DNA of 64,000 bases from Christensenellales bacterium (GTDB lineage: Bacteria; Bacillota; Clostridia; Christensenellales; DTU072). The notes under the pieces are model-generated. The model made no database searches and was not told where the DNA came from. It saw nothing but the letters and a program-made list of their open reading frames with translations. Location of the stretch: assembly GCA_050309775.1 (NCBI GenBank), contig JBNRMV010000012.1, positions 16,168 through 80,167 on the forward strand, in the 5' to 3' direction. Shown piece by piece: positions 49,969 through 60,631 of this stretch (its first letter is position 1; every line of letters starts with the position of its first letter). The position numbers and the translations under genes were made by a program.

Positions 49969-49997
49969 AAAAAAAAAGACTGTCTCAGACAGTCTTT
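49969..49997 (-). terminator. intrinsic terminator of efp
   Basis: AAAGACTGTC-TGA-GACAGTCTTT followed by a T tract on minus strand. Confidence 0.85.
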
Positions 49998-50024
49998 GAT
50001 TTTTTGTTTGTATTCCTTATGTGA

Positions 50025-50588
50025 TTATACCCTTGACATATATGTTCCCGTGCGTGTATCAACTCTTATGGTGTCGCCCTCGTTGACAAAAAGCGGAACT
50101 TGAATCTTATAGCCTGTTTCAAGGGTGGCGGACTTGGAACCGGGTTGCGCAGTTGCGCCGGGAATGCCGGGGTCAGCCTTGGCTACTAACAGTTCGACAA
50201 AGTTTTGCGGTTCAACAGAGAATGCAGAGCCGTTGTAAAAAGCTATGTCGCAAACCATGTTTTCTTTTATGAATTGCAACGCATCGGCTACCAATTCCTT
50301 GCTTAGGGGTACCGTTTCGTAGGTTTCCATGTCCATGAAGTAATACAGGTCGCCGTCATTGTAGCTGTACTCCATCTTCTTTCTTTCGATATGCGCCGTC
50401 TCAAACTTCTCACTGGGGTTGAAAGTTCTTTCGATGACGCTGCCCGTCATAACATTTCTTATTTTTGTTCTAACAAAAGCCGCTCCCTTGCCCGGTTTGA
50501 CATGTTGAAAATCAACAATAACCTGTACTGAATTGTCCATAACAAAGGTAATGCCCTTTCTGAAATCTCCTGCCTGTATAAAACCCAT
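50025..50588 (-). CDS. efp: elongation factor P
   Basis: [17 protein letters not shown]...VPLFV..GD.IRVDTR. Confidence 0.97.
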   Translation of the reverse strand: MGFIQAGDFRKGITFVMDNSVQVIVDFQHVKPGKGAAFVRTKIRNVMTGSVIERTFNPSEKFETAHIERKKMEYSYNDGDLYYFMDMETYETVPLSKELVADALQFIKENMVCDIAFYNGSAFSVEPQNFVELLVAKADPGIPGATAQPGSKSATLETGYKIQVPLFVNEGDTIRVDTRTGTYMSRV

Positions 50589-50613
50589 CTGGTCCTCCGA
50601 TAAATATAAAATA

Positions 50614-51648
50614 CTACAATATTATCATTGCTTTTTGGCTTTTTGTCAAGTTTTCTATACTACTTTTCTTAAAAAACACTATATCCTCAATCCGAACGCC
50701 GAATTGATGCGGTATATAAAGCCCCGGCTCAATGCTGACAACCATGTTTTCTTGCAAAAATTCTTCCGAACGGGGCGACAGCGACGGTATTTCATGTACA
50801 TCAGTACCCAACCCATGCCCCAACGAATGCAAAAAGTATTTGTCCAATCCACGGGCAACAAAACAATCGTTTGCAAGCGCATAAGCCGCTTTGCAGCTAA
50901 TTCCCGTATAAAGGTTGTCAAGCGCCGCTTGCTGCGCTTCCAGTACTGCGTTATAAATTTCTTTTTGTTGCGCCGTCGGCATGCCAAAAAATATAGTTCT
51001 GGTCATATCGGCGCACCAGCCTTTGTATCGCGCGCCAAAATCAAGTTTTATTACGCTGCCATTTTCCAACCGTTTGTCGCCGACAAGCGCATGCGGACGC
51101 GCGCTGTTCTTTCCGAATGCCACTATACTCTTGAACGCTATGCCGTCGGCTCCGTTTTCTAATAAGGTGTTTTCAAGCGCCATACAAAGTTGCCGCTCCG
51201 TCATGCATTCTTTTATTTTGGGCAGAATGTCGGAAAAGGTCTTATCTGTTATTTCTTGGGCTTTTTTTATCAGTGCAATCTGCTCGGGAGTTTTTATTGC
51301 CCTCATTTTTTGTATATCGTCGGAGATATCTATAAATTCCGCAGCTATTCTTCCTGTAATCAGTCGGTAAAAGTTCATAGGAAGGTCATTTTCTATGCCT
51401 ATGGTCTTTGCAGAATTGTCAGTAATAATTTTTTGAATGGTGTCCGCCATATTACGGCGGATATCGACAATTTCAAAACCCTGCAAAAGCTCCGCCGCTT
51501 CTTCGGTATATCTTGCGTCGGTTAAATAATATTTCTTGTCAGGGAAAATAAGTATAGCCGCATCAGCGTTGTCATAGCCTGAAAAATGAAAGAGATTTGA
51601 GTGCGTCCTTATAAGCAGACATTGACATTTTTTCAGTAATTCAATCAT
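50614..51648 (-). CDS. Xaa-Pro aminopeptidase (M24)
   Basis: LTDARY, DFGA...DMTRT, HSLGHG, HE, SIEPG, GVRIED; upstream of efp. Confidence 0.92.
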   Translation of the reverse strand: MIELLKKCQCLLIRTHSNLFHFSGYDNADAAILIFPDKKYYLTDARYTEEAAELLQGFEIVDIRRNMADTIQKIITDNSAKTIGIENDLPMNFYRLITGRIAAEFIDISDDIQKMRAIKTPEQIALIKKAQEITDKTFSDILPKIKECMTERQLCMALENTLLENGADGIAFKSIVAFGKNSARPHALVGDKRLENGSVIKLDFGARYKGWCADMTRTIFFGMPTAQQKEIYNAVLEAQQAALDNLYTGISCKAAYALANDCFVARGLDKYFLHSLGHGLGTDVHEIPSLSPRSEEFLQENMVVSIEPGLYIPHQFGVRIEDIVFFKKSSIENLTKSQKAMIIL

Positions 51649-51654
51649 ACTGTG

Positions 51655-51683
51655 ATTATAAGTCAAAACTTCCCGTGAGTCAA
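51655..51683 (-). promoter_or_regulatory. sigma-A promoter (leaderless) of the Xaa-Pro peptidase gene
   Basis: TTGACT-17 bp-TATAAT-6 nt-ATG, no SD. Confidence 0.75.
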
Positions 51684-52043
51684 TTACTTCTTAGTTTTAG
51701 ACTTTGCAAATACCGCCACTACAAAGCCGACAAAAATTGCTCCGGCAACTCCTGCCGCCGCCGTCATCAGTCCGCCGGTAAAGGCGCCTATCAGACCTTG
51801 GTTTTGCACTCCCTCCATGGCTCCTTTGGCTAAATTTGCGCCGAATCCTACTATCGGAATGGTTATTCCTGCCTTGGCAAATTCTTTTATCGGCTTAAAA
51901 ATATTCAGCGCCTGAAGTACGACTCCCAACAAAAGGAATACAACCAGAATTCTTGCCGAAGTAATCTTTGTAAGGTTTATCAGCACTTGTCCTATCAGGC
52001 ATACAACTCCGCCTATAAGAAATACCCAAACATAGTCTAACAT
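51684..52043 (-). CDS. spoVAE: stage V sporulation protein AE
   Basis: FLIGGVVCLIGQ, AGITIPIVGFG. Confidence 0.9.
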   Translation of the reverse strand: MLDYVWVFLIGGVVCLIGQVLINLTKITSARILVVFLLLGVVLQALNIFKPIKEFAKAGITIPIVGFGANLAKGAMEGVQNQGLIGAFTGGLMTAAAGVAGAIFVGFVVAVFAKSKTKK

Positions 52044-52046
52044 AAT

Positions 52047-53045
52047 TCAAGCCCTCTCAATACAAATGGCATGCGCTATGCTGGGAATTGTTTCGCGTTG
52101 CAACGATGCGGTCTTTGACATCAAAGCTCCTGTCGGCATAAGCAGCAATCTTTTTATCTTGTTTTCCAGCATATTTTGATAAATATACGAATTGAACACG
52201 ATATTTGAGCATGCCGTTCCGCTGCCGCCCTGTCCGACATCTTGCCCCTCTCTGTTAAAAATCAACTCGCCGCAGTCCTCATGCTGTTCCTCAATATCTA
52301 TGCCGTCTTCTTTAAGCAGTTTTCGGAACAGCCTGCCGCCGGCGTCGCCCAAGTCGCCCGTGGCTATCATATCATAATATGACGGCTGGCGATTTGTATC
52401 GCGAAAATGCCTTTTCAAAGTATCCACAGCCGCCGGCAGCATAGCCGCTCCCATATCATTGGCATCGTTGACCCCAAAATCAACAACCTTGCCCAGCGTT
52501 GCGCAGGTTATCTTTACTTTATGCTTGTCGAACTTTTCCAACATTGTGCAGCCTGCGCCCGTCACCGTCCATTGCGAAAGCGGAGTGCGTTGCGAACCTA
52601 ATTCCAACGGAAAGCGGTATTGCCTTTCGGCTGTGGAAAAATGGCTGGAGGTCGAACAGATTACTCTGTGCATAAGACCGCCGCTTATCATAGACGACCC
52701 GACTATCAACGCTTCGGCAAAGCTGGCGCATGCGTTATAAAGCCCGATAAAGGGAATGCTGAACTCTCTAAGCGCATAGCTTGACACTATCATTTCATCA
52801 AGCAAATCGCCTGCAAAAACGCAGTCTATATCCCCTGATGTCAGACCGCTCTTATTGATTATGTTGCGTATCGCTGCGACATGAATTTTTGTTTCGGCTT
52901 TTTCAAAACTCTTTTGTCCAAGCAAGTCGTCTTTAAGCGTATGATGAAAATATTTGCCTAATGGACCTTCCGCCTCTTTTGGTCCGGCTATTGTAGTAGT
53001 TTCGACTATGCCTACGCCGTTAAAATAAATTGTATGGTTTCTCAT
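52047..53045 (-). CDS. spoVAD: stage V sporulation protein AD
   Basis: GPKEAEGPL, AGDL, SSHFSTAERQYRFP, MGAAM, TGDLG. Confidence 0.94.
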   Translation of the reverse strand: MRNHTIYFNGVGIVETTTIAGPKEAEGPLGKYFHHTLKDDLLGQKSFEKAETKIHVAAIRNIINKSGLTSGDIDCVFAGDLLDEMIVSSYALREFSIPFIGLYNACASFAEALIVGSSMISGGLMHRVICSTSSHFSTAERQYRFPLELGSQRTPLSQWTVTGAGCTMLEKFDKHKVKITCATLGKVVDFGVNDANDMGAAMLPAAVDTLKRHFRDTNRQPSYYDMIATGDLGDAGGRLFRKLLKEDGIDIEEQHEDCGELIFNREGQDVGQGGSGTACSNIVFNSYIYQNMLENKIKRLLLMPTGALMSKTASLQRETIPSIAHAICIERA

Positions 53046-53488
53046 CAAACGCTCCCAATAATGAAATAAATCAGCCCTACAACAATTGAGGCGACAACTC
53101 CAAAAACTATTACCGGGCCGGCAATTGTGAACATATTGGCACAAAGCCCGAATACATAGCCCTCTCTTTTGAATTCAATTGCCGGCGCAACAATGGAATT
53201 TGCAAACCCCGTTATCGGCACAATAGAACCGGCGCCGCCAAATTTTCCTATATTGTCATAAATGCCAAACCCCGTCAAAATGCCAGTTAAGGTAATGATT
53301 ATCAGAACAGTAAACTGTTGATTAACCTGTTCATCTAAAGCAGGAAACCCCAGTTTAAGCAAATCGCTTATTCCTTGCCCGATACAGCAAATTATACCGC
53401 CGGTTATGAACGCTCTTATCATGGTTTTCAGATGCCGCGAGCGTGGCATCGATTGTTTAACAACTTTCAGGTACTCTTTGTTTTTCAT
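53045..53488 (-). CDS. spoVAC: stage V sporulation protein AC
   Basis: GGIICCIGQ, GAGSIVPITGFANS, MFTIAGPVIVFG. Confidence 0.94.
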   Translation of the reverse strand: MKNKEYLKVVKQSMPRSRHLKTMIRAFITGGIICCIGQGISDLLKLGFPALDEQVNQQFTVLIIITLTGILTGFGIYDNIGKFGGAGSIVPITGFANSIVAPAIEFKREGYVFGLCANMFTIAGPVIVFGVVASIVVGLIYFIIGSV

Positions 53489-53635
53489 CGTTCCTCAAGT
53501 CCTCATATTTTTTTGTCGGGAAGCAAATCTCTTCCCTTTCTACAAATTCTTTACGCATATTTCCCTTATATAAAAAAATACCCTATACCTATTTTTGGCA
53601 TAGAGCGGTTTATTATACTTGTTTGATGTAGCTAT

Positions 53636-54904
53636 TTAATCATCTTTTTGGTTGTCGTCAGCGCGCGTTTTTCCAAACGCTATAAAATCATCTTCAATTT
53701 CTCTTGCGTCACAACTGAACACAGGGTTTATGGTTATTCCTCTTTTCAGCACATCAAAGCCGTATTTTTGCCGCAAAGTGTCTATACTGCTTTCAAGTTT
53801 GCTATTTTTTTGAATTTCATCGTCAAACAGCGTTTGCGGCAGGTCCTCGGCGCTTTTCAGACCGCCCACAGCCACCGTAATTGTGCGCAACGGCAAGTTT
53901 TCGGAAAAATCATAATTGCTTTTCAACAGTTTTATGGCAAGCGTTGCTATGTCATATGCGCTGTCCGTCAGAAAATCAAACTTTGCCTGACGGCAAAAAG
54001 AGTACAAAGCCTTGTCGCGCAAGTCCAAAGACACTCCCGACGCCACCAGTCCCAAAGCACGCAAGCGGAAAGCAATGACTTCGCTGAGCGCAAAAATTAC
54101 ACTTGACGCCTCTTTCAGATTGGTGACATCTTCTTCCGTAGTAGTGCCGTTGCCTACGCTTTCGGGAATATGCACATAAGTATAAGGTTTTACGGCATCG
54201 GTGTCTTGCCCGTTTGCGTAAGTGTGCAGTTTTTCCCCTACCTTGCCGAAAAGGCGTATAAGTTCCGTTTTGTTGTACTGCGCCAAATCGCCAATGGTAA
54301 AAACCCCAAGTTTGTTGAGCTTTTCTTCCGTATGCCTGCCGACAAAGAGCATATCCGACACTCTCAATCGCCAAACCTTGTCTTTGTAGTTTTCTTTGGA
54401 TATGACGGTTATGGCATCGGGCTTTTTCATGTCGCTGCCAAGTTTTGCAAAAATCTTATTAAAAGATACCCCTATGGACACAGTCAGGCCTGTTTCTTGC
54501 CGAATGACATCTTTTATCTTCTCGGCGGTCTGCTCGCCGCTGCCCCAAAGTTTTTCACAGCCTGTCAGGTCAAGCCAACACTCGTCAAGACCAAAACTCT
54601 CGACATCGGGAGTAAACCTTGTAAAAATATCGTGTACTTTTTTTGAATATTCGGAATACTTTTTGAAATCCGGAGGCACAAGAACGAGTCCGGGGATTTT
54701 TCTCTTTGCCGACCAGATAGTTTCGCCTGTCTTTATGCCGGCTTTTTTGGCTTGTTCAGTTTTTGCCAGCACTATTCCATGCCTTTTTTCGACATCACCG
54801 CACACTATGACGGGTTTGCCTTTCAGTTCGGGATTTTGCAGTACGGCAACAGAGGCATAAAAACTGTTGATATCGACATGCAGAATGGTCCGCTCATCAG
54901 TCAT
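53636..54904 (-). CDS. dinB: DNA polymerase IV (Y-family)
   Basis: ILHVDINSFYASV, GLDECWLD, SIGVSFNK..AKL.SD.KKP. Confidence 0.92.
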   Translation of the reverse strand: MTDERTILHVDINSFYASVAVLQNPELKGKPVIVCGDVEKRHGIVLAKTEQAKKAGIKTGETIWSAKRKIPGLVLVPPDFKKYSEYSKKVHDIFTRFTPDVESFGLDECWLDLTGCEKLWGSGEQTAEKIKDVIRQETGLTVSIGVSFNKIFAKLGSDMKKPDAITVISKENYKDKVWRLRVSDMLFVGRHTEEKLNKLGVFTIGDLAQYNKTELIRLFGKVGEKLHTYANGQDTDAVKPYTYVHIPESVGNGTTTEEDVTNLKEASSVIFALSEVIAFRLRALGLVASGVSLDLRDKALYSFCRQAKFDFLTDSAYDIATLAIKLLKSNYDFSENLPLRTITVAVGGLKSAEDLPQTLFDDEIQKNSKLESSIDTLRQKYGFDVLKRGITINPVFSCDAREIEDDFIAFGKTRADDNQKDD

Positions 54905-55466
54905 AAAGGCTCTTGTATAGCTCCTCTACTCTGTTATATAGTTCGTTTTCGTCGCCGTTGTTTTCAATAATGTCAGTGGCATACTGCATTCTTATTTTGT
55001 CGGTAACTTGACTTGACATAATCTTTTTTGCGTATTCCTCGCTTATGGCATCCCTCATCAGAATTCTTTTGATACGCAGTTCGTTGCTGGCTTTGACCAA
55101 CCATATTTTGTCAAACATATCCTGCATTTTTGATTCTACAAGCAAAGGTACTTCGACAAAGATTGCGCCGCTCATATTCTTTATGCGCTTCTTTGTTTCC
55201 TCTATAATGATTGGGTGCGCCAAATCATTAAGTTTTTTCATGGCGTTTGCGTCATAAAAGACCCGTTTGCCCAGTTCTATTCTATCAATAACGCCGTCTT
55301 TGACTACGCCTTTGAAGAGTTTGTCTATCTTTTTGATATACTCTTCATTTTTCATAAGCTCGTCATTGATTTCGTCGGCGCTCAAAACATTTGCGTCAAA
55401 AGATTTAATAATTTCCATAACGGCTGATTTGCCGCTTCCCACTCCGCCTGTAATTGCTATTAGCAT
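54897..55466 (-). CDS. coaE: dephospho-CoA kinase
   Basis: ITGGVGSGKS, IDR..LG..VF, EVPLL.E. Confidence 0.93.
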   Translation of the reverse strand: MLIAITGGVGSGKSAVMEIIKSFDANVLSADEINDELMKNEEYIKKIDKLFKGVVKDGVIDRIELGKRVFYDANAMKKLNDLAHPIIIEETKKRIKNMSGAIFVEVPLLVESKMQDMFDKIWLVKASNELRIKRILMRDAISEEYAKKIMSSQVTDKIRMQYATDIIENNGDENELYNRVEELYKSLYD

Positions 55467-55479
55467 ACTTCCTTTCTCC

Positions 55480-58026
55480 TTACTTTGCTTCGTACCAGTT
55501 TTGTCCTATGCCGACATTTGCCAGCATGGGAATTTTCATAGTTACGGCTTCTTCCATACATTTTTTTATTAAAGTTTTTATTGCGTCCACTTCATCATGC
55601 GGACAATCAATAATAAGTTCGTCATGCACTTGCAAAATCATTTTTGCTTTGTAGCCGCCCGATTTCAAAGCCGCATTGACCTTCAGCATAGCAATCTTTA
55701 TTAAATCTGCTGCGCTGCCTTGCAACGGCATATTCATTGCCGCTCTTTTGCCAAAGGCCCTCACAGCATAATTCGGCGACTTCAATTCGGGAAAGTGCCG
55801 AATTCTGCCCATAAATGTCCGCAGATACCCTTGCTTTTCGGCAAGTTCGACATTGTTGTCCATAAACTGTTTTACTGACGGATAAGTCTTAAAGTATTCG
55901 TCAATGTATTTCTTTGCCTTTTGGCGGCTGATGTCAAGATTTTTTGACAAGCCAAAGGAGCTTATGCCGTATATTATGCCAAAATTGACGGCTTTTGAGG
56001 CGCTTCTCATGTCTTCCGTCACATCTTCCAAGGGTACGCCATAAATTCTGGATGCCGTCAGCCTGTGGATATCTCCGGCATGTTTGTAGGCCTCAATAAT
56101 GTTCGGGTCGTCGGAAAAATGAGCCAACAGCCGCAATTCAATTTGTGAATAGTCGGCGGTAACCAATAGGCAACCGGGGCTGGCTATAAACATCTTGCGT
56201 ATTTCCCTGCCCTCTGCTCGCCGTATTGGGATATTTTGAAGATTCGGTTCTGTCGAGGACAGTCTGCCTGTCGTTGTTTGGCATTGTTTGAAAGAAGTAT
56301 GCACTCTGCCGGTGGCGGCATTCATTACGGCGCGCATGCCATCAAGATATGTGCTTTTTAGCTTTGCTATCTGACGGTAGCGCAACAAAGCCTCTGCAAT
56401 GGGGTGATTTATGCTCTCCAAAGTATCTGCGGCAACGGAATAACCGGTTTTGTTCTTTTTTCGGGTCGGCAGTTGCAACTTCTCAAAAAGTATATAGCCC
56501 AACTGTTTGTTTGAATTTATGTTAAAAGTTTCGCCCGCCATTTCGCAAATGGCGTCAATAAGCTGTTTGAGTTCGGCATCGTATTGCTTTGATAATGTTT
56601 CAAGCACCTCTTTATCAATACAAAAACCTGCCTTTTCCATTTCATAAAGACACGCAACAAGCGGCAGTTCTACTTCATAATAAAGTTTATTGAGTTCAAG
56701 TTCGGCTATTTTTTTGTCCAGAGTATCGTTTGCTGACAGCATTGCGGCTGACAAATTGCTTTCTTTCGGGGCGTAAATGTCCACAAGCTCTTTTGCCGTG
56801 TTCAGAGTACGGCTTGAATTTATTAAATAGGCTTTTAATTGAATGTCCTCATATGGCATTTCAAGTTTTAGGGACATTTGTTCCAGCGTATGCATTTCGG
56901 CTTTGGCATCAAAGAATATGTTGGTATACTTTTTGCCGTACAAAGGCGCTATGACATCTGCGGCATCATGGTGCGCAATACCGTCGCCGAACAAACCTGC
57001 ATTTATGGCTATTCGGTATTCCTTGTCCGAGAAAGCAAGCGACAGTTCATCTCCCCAATTTATGACAATACTTTCACCGTCTTCAATTGCGGATATAACT
57101 TTTTTCAGTTGATTCAAATCGGATATGTTGAAGACTTCGGTTTCGTGAACTTCTTGCGCCGTCGTGTCTTGTTCGTCCTTGTATTCAAAACGGGTGGTAA
57201 GCGTGCGGAACTCCAGCTGCTGCATGGCGTCCATGGCTTTTTTGTCAAGGGGATATTCAAAGCGCAAGTCGTCCAGCTCACAACAGTCTATTTCTATATC
57301 AGTTTTTATGGTGGCAAGAGTTTTTGACAAATAAACAATATCTTTTGCGTCAATCAACCTTTGTTGCAGGCTGCCTTTAATTTGTTCTATGTTTGCATAA
57401 ACATTGTCTATGCTGCCGTACTGTTCCAACAGCGATCTGGCCGTCTTGTCGCCTACTCCGGGCGCGCCGGGAATGTTGTCTGACGAATCGCCTGCCAGCC
57501 CTTTCAATTCTATGACTTGCTGCGGAGTCAGCCCCTCTTCCGCCAAAGCCGCCACATCATAGGCTTTTACTTCGGTAACGCCGCGCTTTGTGTGGTATAC
57601 TCTCGTGGTGTCGTCAAGCAGTTGTAGGCAGTCCTTGTCTCCGCTGACAATAATGGTATCCTGTTTGAATTTTTTTGACAAAGTACCAATAATATCGTCG
57701 GCCTCAAAGCCCTCTATACCAAGAATTTTTATGCCCATAGCCGAAAGAACGCCCTTCAGTAGCGGCAATTGCGACGCAAGTTCGTCCGGCATGGGTTTTC
57801 GTTTGGCTTTGTAGCCTTCATATAAATCAAATCGGAAAGTCTTTGCCTTTTCGTCAAAAACAGCGCAAATGTGAGTAGGGTTTTCTTCGGAAATAAGTCT
57901 TTGGAGCATAGACAAATATCCATAAACAGCATTGGTATATTGTCCTGCGCTATTTGTCATCATCGGCAAAGCGTAGAATGCTCTGTTTATGAGACTGTTG
58001 GAGTCTATGAGTATGATTTTTGTCAT
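55480..58026 (-). CDS. polA: DNA polymerase I
   Basis: 5'-3' exonuclease (EADDIIG, GDSSDNIPG), ADYSQIELR, KAVNFGIIYG, QVHDEL. Confidence 0.97.
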   Translation of the reverse strand: MTKIILIDSNSLINRAFYALPMMTNSAGQYTNAVYGYLSMLQRLISEENPTHICAVFDEKAKTFRFDLYEGYKAKRKPMPDELASQLPLLKGVLSAMGIKILGIEGFEADDIIGTLSKKFKQDTIIVSGDKDCLQLLDDTTRVYHTKRGVTEVKAYDVAALAEEGLTPQQVIELKGLAGDSSDNIPGAPGVGDKTARSLLEQYGSIDNVYANIEQIKGSLQQRLIDAKDIVYLSKTLATIKTDIEIDCCELDDLRFEYPLDKKAMDAMQQLEFRTLTTRFEYKDEQDTTAQEVHETEVFNISDLNQLKKVISAIEDGESIVINWGDELSLAFSDKEYRIAINAGLFGDGIAHHDAADVIAPLYGKKYTNIFFDAKAEMHTLEQMSLKLEMPYEDIQLKAYLINSSRTLNTAKELVDIYAPKESNLSAAMLSANDTLDKKIAELELNKLYYEVELPLVACLYEMEKAGFCIDKEVLETLSKQYDAELKQLIDAICEMAGETFNINSNKQLGYILFEKLQLPTRKKNKTGYSVAADTLESINHPIAEALLRYRQIAKLKSTYLDGMRAVMNAATGRVHTSFKQCQTTTGRLSSTEPNLQNIPIRRAEGREIRKMFIASPGCLLVTADYSQIELRLLAHFSDDPNIIEAYKHAGDIHRLTASRIYGVPLEDVTEDMRSASKAVNFGIIYGISSFGLSKNLDISRQKAKKYIDEYFKTYPSVKQFMDNNVELAEKQGYLRTFMGRIRHFPELKSPNYAVRAFGKRAAMNMPLQGSAADLIKIAMLKVNAALKSGGYKAKMILQVHDELIIDCPHDEVDAIKTLIKKCMEEAVTMKIPMLANVGIGQNWYEAK

Positions 58027-58201
58027 TTCTTCCTTTTTTCGGTTTTGTCATAAATCGCCGAATATCTCTATCATAAAGTATATAACCAAAGCAACGTTAA
58101 GTCAAAGATAATCCGCCGAATTTTGATATCTATGGCAATTTTATTTGTAGTTATGTTTTTTATGGTTTATACTATTGCCATATTTGTGAAAGGAGCAAAA
58201 G

Positions 58202-59008
58202 ATGGATTACCCACAAATTATTGACACACACGCGCATATTTATCCAAAGAAGATAGCCGAAAAAGCCATACGCAACATCAGTGATTTTTACTCTGTTCCC
58301 ATGCAGAGCATGAGAGGCACGGCAGAGGATTTGCTTGAAAGCGGCGCAGAAATCGGCACAAAAAAATATGTTGTGCATTCGACCGCCACAACCGTTGAAC
58401 AAGTGGTCAGCATAAACAACTTTATTGCCAACGAAATAAAAAAGCACAATGAATTCATAGGTTTTGCTACGCTTCATCCCGACATGACGGAAGAAGAGGC
58501 ATACAACGAAGTCGAAAGAATAAAAACCCTTGGTCTGAAAGGCATAAAACTGCATGCGGATTTTCAGCGTTTTGATATCGATGAGCCGCGCGCCGAAAAC
58601 TTGTATCGCGCCATAAACGGCACCCTGCCCGTACTATTTCACGCTGGAGATGACCGTTTTGATTATTCCAGTCCCGAAAGACTGGCGCGCGCCGCAAAAA
58701 AGTTCCCCAACATGCTTTGCATAGCCGCTCACTTCGGCGGATATTGCCGTTGGAGCGAAATCGACGCTTATGACGGACTGAATAATATGTATTTTGACAC
58801 CTGCAGCAGCCTGTTCAAGCTGCCCGACCTCATGGCTAAGGATATTATATCTCACCTTGGACATGACAGATTCATGTTCGGCACGGACTTCCCCATGTGG
58901 CGGCACAAAGACGAACTGGAGCGGTTTTTAAGACTTAAATTAAGCGACAAAATAAATGAAGATATCCTATCAAAGAATGCCATTCGCGTTCTAGGAATTA
59001 AATTATAG
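58202..59008 (+). CDS. amidohydrolase_2-family metal-dependent hydrolase
   Basis: DTHAH, KGIKLH, FHAG, AHFGG, FGTDFP; SD AAGGAG. Confidence 0.85.
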   Translation: MDYPQIIDTHAHIYPKKIAEKAIRNISDFYSVPMQSMRGTAEDLLESGAEIGTKKYVVHSTATTVEQVVSINNFIANEIKKHNEFIGFATLHPDMTEEEAYNEVERIKTLGLKGIKLHADFQRFDIDEPRAENLYRAINGTLPVLFHAGDDRFDYSSPERLARAAKKFPNMLCIAAHFGGYCRWSEIDAYDGLNNMYFDTCSSLFKLPDLMAKDIISHLGHDRFMFGTDFPMWRHKDELERFLRLKLSDKINEDILSKNAIRVLGIKL

Positions 59009-59022
59009 GAGCGCAACCTCAA

Positions 59023-59727
59023 TCAAAACTGAATATTGTTCTTTGCTATAGCATGGCGCAGCTTTTGTAGCGCCTTTTTTTCTATCCTAGATATATATGA
59101 GCGTGAAATGCCCAGCTTATCCGCCACATACTGCTGAGTTCTGGGCATACTGTCCTTTAGCCCGAATCTGTATGTAAGGATAGCAAACTCCCTATCGTTC
59201 AAATAATTCCGCATCAAATCGCCCAAACTTTTTTTAAGAATTTCACAGTCAATTTTTTTATATACAGAATCCTCCTCTACATAAAGCAAATCTATGAGCG
59301 ACATTTCGTTACCGTCCTTATCTGTGCCAATATTTTCAAAGATAGATATATCCTTTGAATATTTTTTGTATGAACGCATTGTCATAAGTATTTCATTCTC
59401 AATACATCTGGACGCATATGTAGCAAGCTGAGAGCCTTTATTTTGGTCATAGGAATTTATCGCCTTAATAAGGCCAAGCGTGCCTATGCTTATCAATTCG
59501 TCATTGTCGGGATAATTCATATATTTTTTTGCAATGAAAACAACTAGGCGCAGATTGTGCTTTATAAGAATATTTCTTGCCTCAATGTCGCCTGTTTCTT
59601 TGAATTTTTTTATGTATTCGCTTTCCTTTTCGGAAGAAAGCGGATGCGGAAATGAGTTGTTGCCTTCAATTCTTGAAGATAATAATAATATATTGCTTAA
59701 CAGCGTAAAAAACCCCTCTAATACCAT
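59023..59727 (-). CDS. sigK: pro-sigma-K (uninterrupted)
   Basis: hydrophobic pro-peptide then NNSFPHPLS, HNLRLV, IGTDKDGNEMSLID, ISRSYISRIEK; sigE-like -10 CATATATT upstream. Confidence 0.88.
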   Translation of the reverse strand: MVLEGFFTLLSNILLLSSRIEGNNSFPHPLSSEKESEYIKKFKETGDIEARNILIKHNLRLVVFIAKKYMNYPDNDELISIGTLGLIKAINSYDQNKGSQLATYASRCIENEILMTMRSYKKYSKDISIFENIGTDKDGNEMSLIDLLYVEEDSVYKKIDCEILKKSLGDLMRNYLNDREFAILTYRFGLKDSMPRTQQYVADKLGISRSYISRIEKKALQKLRHAIAKNNIQF

Positions 59728-59782
59728 AACTCTCCCATATAATCCTTACTAATATATGAGAGAGAGGCTTAGAAGTTGTTTA

Positions 59783-60631
59783 TTAAATGTCGAAAAATGT
59801 CAGCGGCTCGGGCAGCAGCACTTCCTTTGCGTTGAGATAATCAAGCAAACCTTGTTTAATGTTAAAAGCAATTTTGTATGCCAATAGTTGTTGTTTCTTT
59901 TTTGAAAAATGGCAATTTATGTCCTGTCTGCCATATTTCGGGTCGCCTACGATAGGCAAGCCGACATGCGCAAGATGCGCCCTGATTTGGTGCGTTTTTC
60001 CTGTGACCAAACCAACTTCCAACAATGTGCAGCAGTCAAGCCGTTTTATCGGCGCAACCGTTGTGATTATTCTTTGGGTTTGGGGTAATGGTTGGTCAAA
60101 GATATGCGTAATAGCGTTTTTGCTGTCCTTCTTATGATATGCCACAAGTTTTTTGGCTTCGGCAAGCTCGCCAAAAACCAAAGCATAATATTTCTTTTGC
60201 ACTTCATTGGCGGCAAACGCCGATATAACAGCTTGTTCTGCGGAATCTGACTTTGCGAATATCATAAGCCCGGCAGTGTTTGTGTCCAATCTGTGACAAA
60301 GACGAAAATTCTCTCCCAAAGCCTGTTTGACCAAACTCTCAAAAGAATGTTCTCCTTGCGACACAATACTCTGTTTTTTATAAAGAATGGCAATGTTTTC
60401 GTCCTCATAGAGTATTTGCGGCTCAAATGTGCGTAATAGTTCTTCATTATAAAAAACCGTTATTTCGTCGCCGCTCTTAACTTGACGGTCATTGTAGACT
60501 TTTTGACCGTTTATTCTTATATCGCCCTTGCGCAGCAGTTTTTGAAAATAAGAAAAGCTGACAAGCGGCAGCTTCTCAGCTATTGTTTTTGAAAGTTTTT
60601 TGTCTGTTCCTATAAATACTGCTTTTTTCAC
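59783..60631 (-). CDS. RluA-family pseudouridine synthase
   Basis: S4 domain, HRLDTNTAGL, TGKTHQIRAH, GDPKYG. Confidence 0.9.
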   Translation of the reverse strand: MKKAVFIGTDKKLSKTIAEKLPLVSFSYFQKLLRKGDIRINGQKVYNDRQVKSGDEITVFYNEELLRTFEPQILYEDENIAILYKKQSIVSQGEHSFESLVKQALGENFRLCHRLDTNTAGLMIFAKSDSAEQAVISAFAANEVQKKYYALVFGELAEAKKLVAYHKKDSKNAITHIFDQPLPQTQRIITTVAPIKRLDCCTLLEVGLVTGKTHQIRAHLAHVGLPIVGDPKYGRQDINCHFSKKKQQLLAYKIAFNIKQGLLDYLNAKEVLLPEPLTFFDI

